DNA of 64,000 nucleotides, taken from assembly GCA_965112635.1 (NCBI GenBank), contig OZ218778.1, forward strand, positions 1,888,001 through 1,952,000. The letters are read 5' to 3'. The position numbers and the translations under genes are program-made. The stretch comes from an uncultured bacterium. GTDB lineage: Bacteria; Oederibacteriota; Oederibacteriia; Oederibacteriales; Oederibacteriaceae. Positions 9,472-17,615 of this stretch are shown here, in pieces. Positions within the stretch are counted from its first letter, which is position 1. Every line of letters starts with the position of its first letter. The notes beneath the pieces are model-generated. The model was not told where the DNA came from. It saw only the letters and a program-made list of their open reading frames with translations, and searched no databases.

Positions 9472-10473
9472 GAAATCAACGGTCAAAGAAAAGCGATGGG
9501 CCTCGCCTAAACTGGCATAAGGCACAAAGGCGTAATCAAAATGATAATACATCAAACCCAGTAAAAGGGAATAGCCAAAACCCGTCGTGAACATGAAAGG
9601 CAGGGAGGTCTGCTCGATCAAGCCGAGCCTGACTGCCAGGTCCTGCGCGCCCCAACGGGAGTTGTATTCCAATCCCAGATGGATCCCCAAATCCTGGCCA
9701 ATGAAATCATAGGAGGTTTCAGCGGAGGCCAGAATATTGCGGGGTTGTTTTGTTTCTTCCTGCTGGCCGCCGATGTTTTCCATGAGTTCTCCCAAGGCGA
9801 ACTTTTTAGCGATCCCTATCCTCAACAGCAAAGGCAGGGAATATCCGCCGAGCTCGGACCCGAGATTCTGCAGGGTCACGCCCAAGGAAGTTGCTTCGGC
9901 AAAAGGCCGGATGATGCCTCCCACATCAAAAGCGAAGCCGCTAAATCCCGCTCCCACAAAATCTTCGTGCAGCAGTTTAGCCGTGATGCCAGCGTGGAAG
10001 ATCTTGGAAAAGGTCGTGCCATAACTTAATTCGCCGAACAAGGCTGAGAAATTGAGGCTGTCCGCGCTGGGCACGAACATGCCCGGCAAAGGGAAGGACG
10101 GGTCCGTGGGCGTCATTTCATCGGCTTTGGAAACAGGGGAGGACCCCAGACGATTAACGCAAATGCTGAGGCCGCTATGGTTGGAAAGGGGCAGGGCATA
10201 GGCCGCGCTGTCAAAACTGGTGCCCAGAAACCAGTTGATATGGGTGAAAGAAAGTTCCTGGAAGGACAGGTCGCCGAGGCCGGCCGGATTCCAATAGGTG
10301 GACAAGGTGCCGCTGGCCACGGCGCAATAGGCGTCCCCCAGACTGGACGGCCGGGAACCGGTGGCTATCAAAAACTCTTCGCCAGCCACTGTGCCTGCCG
10401 CGAATGAATTCAGGGGATGCGTCAGAATAGAAAAAAGGATAAGGAATGCGATGGCTTGAGATTTTTGTGTCGT
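9469..10473 (-). CDS. PorV/PorQ-like (UPF0164/FadL-type) outer-membrane beta-barrel; probable ACG start at 10473
   Basis: GSRPSSLGDAY.AV......YWNPAGL and C-terminal HRFSLTVDF. The signal peptide lies upstream of the ORF-track start 10389. Confidence 0.8.
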   Translation of the reverse strand, partial: TTQKSQAIAFLILFSILTHPLNSFAAGTVAGEEFLIATGSRPSSLGDAYCAVASGTLSTYWNPAGLGDLSFQELSFTHINWFLGTSFDSAAYALPLSNHSGLSICVNRLGSSPVSKADEMTPTDPSFPLPGMFVPSADSLNFSALFGELSYGTTFSKIFHAGITAKLLHEDFVGAGFSGFAFDVGGIIRPFAEATSLGVTLQNLGSELGGYSLPLLLRIGIAKKFALGELMENIGGQQEETKQPRNILASAETSYDFIGQDLGIHLGLEYNSRWGAQDLAVRLGLIEQTSLPFMFTTGFGYSLLLGLMYYHFDYAFVPYASLGEAHRFSLTVDF

Positions 10474-10586
10474 AGGGCTAACCTCCTAAAATATCGGGTC
10501 ACTATCGGCAGAGAACCCAGGTATGGCTAGAGAATAATATTATACTACTGGTAAGAGAAGACCTGACCCAGGTTCACCATCATTCT

Positions 10587-11588
10587 TTAGAAGCTCGCTC
10601 CCAGGGATATTCTTTGGGCATCACCCAGCTGGTCCATAGGCACAAAAGCGTAATCCAGGGCATATGCGCTGCTGCCGATTTCCAGGGCAAGCCCCACCCC
10701 GCAGCTCAGCAGCAGGTAGCTGCTGGTGGACTTGGCTATACCGCCGCGCAAGGCCAGGATGGTGCTGCCCATCTTAGGGGCCCATTCCAGGCCCAAATGA
10801 AACCCATAGTCCTGGCTGTTCACCAGGTCGGTCAGGTCCAGGCTGGCCAGAATATCTTTGGCCGCCGTCTTATTCTCCGGGGCTAGGGCCAGCAGCTCCT
10901 CAATATCCGTATAGCTCATCCTTTTGGCTATTCCGGCCCTGGCCATGAGGGGAAACGCAAACCCGTCCAATCCCGTGCTCATATTCTGCACAACCAGACC
11001 GGCTATATCCGTATCCGATAGTCTGACCTGCGCTCCCAGATCTCCTGCAAACCCGGTTGCGCTGTCGTCCAGCAGGTTTTCCTGGATACATTTGACATTG
11101 GCGCCGACATTGAGCATGGGCAGCAGGCCCCAGCCAAACCCTATTCCGCCCATGATAGACCCTACACTGACCGTCTGGTTTGCAGGAGAGTATTGGCCGG
11201 ACAAGGGGTTATCAGGGCTAGGCAATGTTTCATTGGTGACCGTGATGTCCGGGATACCCAGACGGCTTACAAACAGGCTTAACCCACTCTTTTTGCCTAT
11301 GTTGACGGCATAAGCCACAGTATCTAGGGAGATATTCTGCATCCACATCAGGTGGGTCAGGGAGATATCCTGGTATTGGAGTCTAGCCAGGCCAGCCGGG
11401 TTCCAAAAAGGGGCGAGAGCGCCGGTGACCACGGCTGTGTAGGCCTCAGCCATACCGCTGGGACGGGAACCGACCCCCAGCAACAGCTCATCGCCCGCGG
11501 TCTCTCCGGCCCCAAAGCAGTGGCTCACCAAACACAGGGAACACAGGCAGATAAGAGTGATTATCTTATCAATACGATAGTGCCGCGT
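10587..11588 (-). CDS. PorV/PorQ-like outer-membrane beta-barrel; start uncertain (ACG 11588 or TTG 11531)
   Basis: GSRPSGMAEAYTAV.....FWNPAGL and C-terminal QRISLGASF; paralog of its neighbour. Confidence 0.8.
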   Translation of the reverse strand, partial: TRHYRIDKIITLICLCSLCLVSHCFGAGETAGDELLLGVGSRPSGMAEAYTAVVTGALAPFWNPAGLARLQYQDISLTHLMWMQNISLDTVAYAVNIGKKSGLSLFVSRLGIPDITVTNETLPSPDNPLSGQYSPANQTVSVGSIMGGIGFGWGLLPMLNVGANVKCIQENLLDDSATGFAGDLGAQVRLSDTDIAGLVVQNMSTGLDGFAFPLMARAGIAKRMSYTDIEELLALAPENKTAAKDILASLDLTDLVNSQDYGFHLGLEWAPKMGSTILALRGGIAKSTSSYLLLSCGVGLALEIGSSAYALDYAFVPMDQLGDAQRISLGASF

Positions 11589-13798
11589 GATGTCTGGCCT
11601 CCTCCTGAGACTAGGTAAAAATACACGCCTGGAGCGACTGCCTGACCGTTGTCATTGGTACCGTCCCAGGCGGCGTAGGTGGTGCTGGTGGCTATGCTTT
11701 TGACCAGCAGGGCTGACATGGTCCGTATCTCAATGGTCGAGCCAGCCGGGATATTGGCGAATTTCAGCTCATGGTTCAGGGCTGTTTTGACCCTAAAAGG
11801 ATTGGGATAGACCACCAGGCTGCCGATGCTCACCAGAGCCTTGTTGCTGGTCAGGGGGGAGTAGGGGGTTATCTGGCTGAGGATATCGTTGTAACTCATG
11901 CTAAAAGTGTTTGAAATGAACACCCCGGTTGGGTCATTGCTGTTGACCTTGGCTACAAGATTTTTGCTGACCGTGCTGTTGGGATTGACGTTGGCGATGG
12001 TCCAGCTATACAGGCCCGGCCCAAGCACGCTATATCCGCTGTCAGCGGAAACAAAGGTCATGGTGTTGGGCAGGGTGTCCCAGATAAGGACATTTTGGGC
12101 GGGACCGCCCCTGTTCTGACAGGAAAGGGTCCAGGTCACCTGGTCACCCTGGTTTGCTTTGGGAACATTGGAGGATTTGGCCAGGGTAAAGCTGGCCGGA
12201 AGAGGAGTTGGAGTATTGGTTGGAGTATAGGTGGAGGTAAAGGTATATGTGTTGGTAAAGGTCGGGCCCGCCGTGGACTCACCGGAATATTTGGTCAGGA
12301 AGCCCTGATTATCTAGGCCTTTGACCGTGTAGTAGTAAAAGGTACTTGTACAGGCATTAGTGGCGGTGGAGTCGGTATAAGTAGTGCCACCCACTAAAGA
12401 ACCGTTGATCTGTGCATAGCCAGTTCCCTCGGTCGTACTACGGTAAACATTGTAGCCTGAGATGCCGAAGGTGGAGATGGGGGGAGCAGACCAGGTGAGA
12501 GATACAGTAGAAGGACAAGTAATGGTGGCAACCAGACCAGAGGGAGGAACCAAGGTGCCCATGGCATTATAGAAGTTGATGCGGCCGTAGCCCAGGTACT
12601 GATTCCAGCCATTAGCATCATAGGCATGATCGGCGGCATCGACCTTATCCGCGGTTTTGGTGATGCGGGTGGAGACTTCATCATAGGACACGCCGTTGGA
12701 CATTAGGACAGCGGCCAGGGCACAAACATAGGGACACGACATGGATGTGCCGCCCCAGTTTGCGTATGCGGAAGGTCCTCCGATTTCAGTGGTCAAATCG
12801 CCTCCCGGGGCAGCGCATATGACATAAGAGCTATAGGTGGAATAGGTTGCCCATTCATCATGGCTTCCCGAGGCGGCTATAGCGAAAGCTATGCCATCTG
12901 AGGCAGGATAAATGAGTTCATAGGTTCCGCTATCCCCTGACGCGGCCATTGCAATATGATGGTCGGTGGAATAGGCATTGCTTATGGCTGTATCAACGCC
13001 GGAAGCGCTCACAAAACCCCAGCTGCAATTAAAGACCTGCGCGCCGTGCTGGGAGGCCCAGTCGATTCCCGCGATAGCGTTGGCCGCTGTCGCGTCCGTC
13101 CAATTGGTCGTGATTTTTACAGGCATGATCAGGCAATTCCAAGCCATGCCCGCTATACCCGTACTATTATTAACTTCTGCTCCCAGTAGTCCTGAGATCT
13201 CAGTGCCATGACCATGGATATCCGTAGTATCAGAACTATTGGAGATCACATTCCAACCCGGGACAATTTTATCCATCAGGTCCACGTGACTGGAATTTAT
13301 TCCGGAATCAATCACAGCAACCACGGTGGAGGTTAACCCTTTGGCCCAGGGCATCATGGCGGGAGTGTTCCAAGCTTTGTCTGTTTGGGTGATAGGAATC
13401 GGCCACAAGACTCCGCTCTGGTAATAGGTATCGTTGGGAAGGGAGTAGGGGGTATAGGCCGGATGGGCGTAATAATTAGGATAGGCGTTTTTGATCTTAA
13501 TATGTTTTTTCGCCTTCCCAGCATAGTCCAGAACATTTTTACCATGGGGTATTTTTAGGTGATAGATATCCAATCTGCCCAGTTTTTTTATAACTTCACA
13601 GCCTAATTCTTTGGCAATGGCACGCGCTTCTGATTCGGGGACTTTTCCTTTTTCAAATTCAATTATTATCTCCCCTTCCACGTAATCAGGTTTTTCTCCG
13701 GCATAAAGGGGGTGTAATAAAAAGGGGATTATCAAGAAAACAGCCAAAAAAATATACGATATTATTATTCCCAATAGTATGTATTTTTTCATTGGCAA
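11561..13798 (-). CDS. Secreted S8 (subtilisin-like) serine protease with propeptide, Fn3, short Thr stalk, DUF11 and C-terminal sorting-like domain
   Basis: Triad VAVIDSG / HGHGTEISG / GGTSMSCP; Fn3 VSLTWSAP..GYNVYRS..YYYTVKG; tail YPNPF...WDGTNDNGQAVAPGVYFY. Confidence 0.9.
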   Translation of the reverse strand: MPMKKYILLGIIISYIFLAVFLIIPFLLHPLYAGEKPDYVEGEIIIEFEKGKVPESEARAIAKELGCEVIKKLGRLDIYHLKIPHGKNVLDYAGKAKKHIKIKNAYPNYYAHPAYTPYSLPNDTYYQSGVLWPIPITQTDKAWNTPAMMPWAKGLTSTVVAVIDSGINSSHVDLMDKIVPGWNVISNSSDTTDIHGHGTEISGLLGAEVNNSTGIAGMAWNCLIMPVKITTNWTDATAANAIAGIDWASQHGAQVFNCSWGFVSASGVDTAISNAYSTDHHIAMAASGDSGTYELIYPASDGIAFAIAASGSHDEWATYSTYSSYVICAAPGGDLTTEIGGPSAYANWGGTSMSCPYVCALAAVLMSNGVSYDEVSTRITKTADKVDAADHAYDANGWNQYLGYGRINFYNAMGTLVPPSGLVATITCPSTVSLTWSAPPISTFGISGYNVYRSTTEGTGYAQINGSLVGGTTYTDSTATNACTSTFYYYTVKGLDNQGFLTKYSGESTAGPTFTNTYTFTSTYTPTNTPTPLPASFTLAKSSNVPKANQGDQVTWTLSCQNRGGPAQNVLIWDTLPNTMTFVSADSGYSVLGPGLYSWTIANVNPNSTVSKNLVAKVNSNDPTGVFISNTFSMSYNDILSQITPYSPLTSNKALVSIGSLVVYPNPFRVKTALNHELKFANIPAGSTIEIRTMSALLVKSIATSTTYAAWDGTNDNGQAVAPGVYFYLVSGGGQTSRGTIVLIR

Positions 13799-13893
13799 TC
13801 CTTTGGAATAGGGAAATTAGAAGATTATCTACGTGTTTCTTCAATTATATGGCAAAAAACGGTTGTATTGGTCTTTGCAAATCCTGGGTATTT

Positions 13894-16800
13894 CTATTTA
13901 ATTATAGAAATTTTTAACGGTTTCTTTTGAGTTTGACCGCTGACCTGGGAATCGGCTTCTACAATTCCCACATAAAGACCGGCCGCAGTATTATTGACAT
14001 CCCAACCCAGGGTGGCAATGCCAGGCCCGGCTGCGGGCAAGCTGAGGGTGTTCACCAGCTCTCCCACCACATCATAAATTCTCACGGTCAGGCTGGATTG
14101 GTCCTGCAAAGCGACCTTGAACCATACCTTGTGGTCTGGGGTGGAGAGGTACGGGTTGGGGTAGACCGAAGCGTCCATAAACCCGCTTAAATTGGAGCTT
14201 AACACGGTCACACTTTGCACCAGCACATCGTGCTGGTGGTTGTAGGTCTGATCTATTTTGATCAAATACTCTCCGCTTTGCACATAATTGCCCAAGGCCG
14301 TGGTGCCGTCCCAGGTCAGGCGGGCTTGGTTCAAGGAGCCTAGCCCATCTGCCATTAACTGACCTGTGGAGGAAAAGATGTTTATCCCGATCGTGGTTGT
14401 CCCTGTGGGTTGATTGCTTATCTGCAGTAAATTACTGGTCAACTTCATGCTTCCCAATTGTCCCTGGACGAAATAGCTCTGGTAAAGCTGTTTGACCAAC
14501 TCTCCGCTGGTGGTGTAGATACTGACGGTCAAAAGGTCTCCTGACTTGAGCACGGTCAGGGGCATGACGACCGTATTGCCTTGCAGGCCGGGGATATCGG
14601 CTTTAAGCACATATTGCCCGCTGTCCACAAGGTAGCCCAGGTCGCTTTTGCCGTCCCAGGGGACATGGTAGATGATGCCAGCGCTTTTGATCTCGATATC
14701 AAAGAGGCCGGAGTTGGGGTCAAAGATGGTAGAGCCGCTGCCTGAGGAAAGCTGGATACCGCTAAACCCACCCAAGACAAGGACATTACTGAAGGTTTTG
14801 ACCACTTCACCGGCTTCGTCGTAGACCTTGAGCTCCAGGTTGGTCATCACCGGGGTATTGGTAGCGGTCACGGTGGCGGTATGGGTCTGGGTTTGGGTTT
14901 TGGACGGAGTCCAGGTCAGGGAAGAAGTCAAGGTCACTGAAGAGGTCACGGTAACAGTGGAGGTCAGAGTGATGGTGGCTGTATTTGTCATTGTTGAAGT
15001 AGGCAGAGGTGTATAGGTGGTAGTGGTCGTGGCTGACTCAGTGAAAGTGTTGGTATTGGTTGAGGTGGGTAAGGGGGTAGGTGTAGTTGTAGGCGTCCCT
15101 GTTTCAGTGGCTGTGTAAGTAAAGGTGAAGGAGTATAAAGTCGTAACCGTGGCCGTAGGGGTCGCTGTATTGGTAGAGGTGCTAGTTAAAGTTATCGTAG
15201 CTGTAACCGTGATGGTCGCTGTTGATGTTGGTGTATTGGTAGCAGTACTAGTTGGCGAAATGGTATGGGTTGGTGTAGCCGTACCCGTGTTTGTGCTGGT
15301 GTAGGTAGAGGTGGCGGTGCTGGTGTTGGTATTGCTGACGCAGGGAGTCACGTTTTCCACGTACACATCGCCGCAGTAGGGCCTTCCCAGCTCCTCGCCA
15401 AGGCCGGCTCCCATGACCAGGGAATTGGTGCCATTGCCGGTCAGGTCGCCTATAAGCACGTTGCCTCCTCCTACTTCTTCCCCGCCGGTGCCAAGGGAAA
15501 CTCCGTAATAACGCATGGTATAGAACGCAGGGTTTGCTATATCCCTTATTTGGCCTTTGCCGGCGGTCCATGGTCCGGTGGTCACCCACACCACGCCATT
15601 TTCCCAAATGTTATTTGGTTTATTAGATAAGGCGCCGCTTCCGGCGTCGCCAGCTCCTATGGCCAGACTCGGCACCGGAGTACAGCTAAAACAAAGTTGG
15701 CCGATGGCCATATTGTCCCCAAAATCAGTAGCATAAGCTCCAAATGCGCCATCGCCGTCTAAGCGGATGTTGAAATTGTTTACAAGATTCAAGTCTACAT
15801 CATTGCCATTACCTAAAGGGAAGTTAGTGGGGTTGTCATTGGAATAGACAATATAGACTGAGCCATTTCCATTCCTTCCTTGGCTGTTTTCTCCCGCCGC
15901 ACCCATGGCCAAATCCAGATTGCCATTTAAAAATCCCAGGGCTATCCCATCGCCAAGGTCTCCTGGTGCCGCGGTATAGGGCATTTCCTCTGAGGCATTG
16001 GCGCTTTGGGCCCCATCAAAACGCACGTTACAGTTATTAATATTATTCATGTCCACCATGACCCCCGGTCCGCCACCTATGGGTCCGTAGATCACATAGA
16101 CTGCACCATTGTTTACCTTGCCGTTCGTGGAGGTGCCGGGTGCGCTCATGATGAGATCAGGATGGCCGTCTGTATTACCTCCAGCGCCCCCTCCCACGTC
16201 AGCTATGGCTACCTGCTGGCCCATGCCAACCTCAGCCGCAGCGCCGACGTAGAGGTGGTCATAGTTATTGACATTATTCAGATCCAGGATTGCGGCTGGA
16301 CCCGCGGGCAGAGGGCCGTCTATCGTGAACACTGACCCGGAAATGAATCTGCCGGCAAAATTGTTATAGAAAATATCTCCGATGGCCAGGTCATTGATGT
16401 TGTCGCCGTTGATGTCCCCTATGGCGAATGAGGCGGCTCCGGCGTAATTATTGACGATCTCCACGTTATAGTTGTTAGGATTGGCGAAGCTCACCACTGC
16501 CCCAGGGCCGCCCGCAAACGGTCCGTATTTTACCCATACCGCCCAGCCGCCCCCCATAACCAGGTCGTTCACATTGTCATTGTTCAGATCGCCGATGGCT
16601 AAGGCAAACCCGAGGTTGGCCCCCCCGCCGGGGCCGTCGTAACGGATATCAAAATTATTGAATATATTGAGGTCGGGCTGGTTGGCCATGGTGAGAGGGA
16701 AATTGACCAGCCCGCCATAGATGATATAGACCGAGCCGCTGCCACCGCCGTTGTAGCTGGCATTGCCATCCCCTATGACCAGGTCAGGGATGCCGTCTCC

Positions 16801-17550
16801 GTTGAGGTCGCCAATGGCCATGCCTCCCTGTGTCCCTTCCTCACCAAAGCTCAAAGTCCAATCGGCTTGCGCACCGACGAACTGCTCGTTGTAGTTGGCT
16901 GGAACAGCCAGATCAACATCCGGATCAATGACCGCCTCACCCTTGGAGCCTACAGAGACCTTTAATTGCAGGTCGATGATGCCGTCCCCTTTTTGCTCGT
17001 AGGCCAGCAACCGGTGGTCCATTTTGGCCACATCAGACCAGCTGAAGTACCCAACGGCTTGTTTATAGCCTCCCCGCACAGGGAACGTCAGAGAGGCTCC
17101 CTTCATGACAGGCATGACATAGCGGCTTAGACCGGGATAGTCCTTGGCCGGCCGTTCCAATTCTTCGTGGGCGCGAAAGTCCAGGGCCTCTTTTTTCTCC
17201 GGCAGGGCGTACTCTTTGCCCTCATAAACAACGCGGTCCGTGTCGATCTGATAGTAGAGGTGGAGCGTGGTTGTCTTGTCTTTTTGAGTGGGATTTTTGA
17301 CCCGGATAGTTTGTTTTAACGACCGTTTTTGGGTCGCCGGCGATGCTTTGCCCAGGTCGTAGGTCACTTTGACCCTAAGCGCAGGATCATCACAGACAGC
17401 ACGGAAATCTTTAAATCCCTGTTTCAGGTCCTCTCGTAAACCGTTACTTTCGAACCCTGCCCCGGAAACTAGTTGGCTCATGCCGCCTACTAGGAGGAGG
17501 GTGCCTATGGTCAGGACTATCGTGAAAAAAGTTGTCGACGATTTATGCAA
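13894..17550 (-). CDS. Secreted FG-GAP (integrin-alpha-like beta-propeller) repeat protein with Thr stalk, two FlgD-Ig-like domains and C-terminal sorting-like domain
   Basis: Repeated AIGDLNGDG..DLVIG and GSVYIIYG motifs; TxT stalk; WDGKSDLG, WDGT, YPNPY...KISIIK. Confidence 0.85.
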   Translation of the reverse strand: MHKSSTTFFTIVLTIGTLLLVGGMSQLVSGAGFESNGLREDLKQGFKDFRAVCDDPALRVKVTYDLGKASPATQKRSLKQTIRVKNPTQKDKTTTLHLYYQIDTDRVVYEGKEYALPEKKEALDFRAHEELERPAKDYPGLSRYVMPVMKGASLTFPVRGGYKQAVGYFSWSDVAKMDHRLLAYEQKGDGIIDLQLKVSVGSKGEAVIDPDVDLAVPANYNEQFVGAQADWTLSFGEEGTQGGMAIGDLNGDGIPDLVIGDGNASYNGGGSGSVYIIYGGLVNFPLTMANQPDLNIFNNFDIRYDGPGGGANLGFALAIGDLNNDNVNDLVMGGGWAVWVKYGPFAGGPGAVVSFANPNNYNVEIVNNYAGAASFAIGDINGDNINDLAIGDIFYNNFAGRFISGSVFTIDGPLPAGPAAILDLNNVNNYDHLYVGAAAEVGMGQQVAIADVGGGAGGNTDGHPDLIMSAPGTSTNGKVNNGAVYVIYGPIGGGPGVMVDMNNINNCNVRFDGAQSANASEEMPYTAAPGDLGDGIALGFLNGNLDLAMGAAGENSQGRNGNGSVYIVYSNDNPTNFPLGNGNDVDLNLVNNFNIRLDGDGAFGAYATDFGDNMAIGQLCFSCTPVPSLAIGAGDAGSGALSNKPNNIWENGVVWVTTGPWTAGKGQIRDIANPAFYTMRYYGVSLGTGGEEVGGGNVLIGDLTGNGTNSLVMGAGLGEELGRPYCGDVYVENVTPCVSNTNTSTATSTYTSTNTGTATPTHTISPTSTATNTPTSTATITVTATITLTSTSTNTATPTATVTTLYSFTFTYTATETGTPTTTPTPLPTSTNTNTFTESATTTTTYTPLPTSTMTNTATITLTSTVTVTSSVTLTSSLTWTPSKTQTQTHTATVTATNTPVMTNLELKVYDEAGEVVKTFSNVLVLGGFSGIQLSSGSGSTIFDPNSGLFDIEIKSAGIIYHVPWDGKSDLGYLVDSGQYVLKADIPGLQGNTVVMPLTVLKSGDLLTVSIYTTSGELVKQLYQSYFVQGQLGSMKLTSNLLQISNQPTGTTTIGINIFSSTGQLMADGLGSLNQARLTWDGTTALGNYVQSGEYLIKIDQTYNHQHDVLVQSVTVLSSNLSGFMDASVYPNPYLSTPDHKVWFKVALQDQSSLTVRIYDVVGELVNTLSLPAAGPGIATLGWDVNNTAAGLYVGIVEADSQVSGQTQKKPLKISIIK

Positions 17551-17615
17551 CAGTATTTCCCGTGAAACTTTTTTGAAGTTACAAGATCAATGGCCGGCCA
17601 AAAAATGTTTCATGC

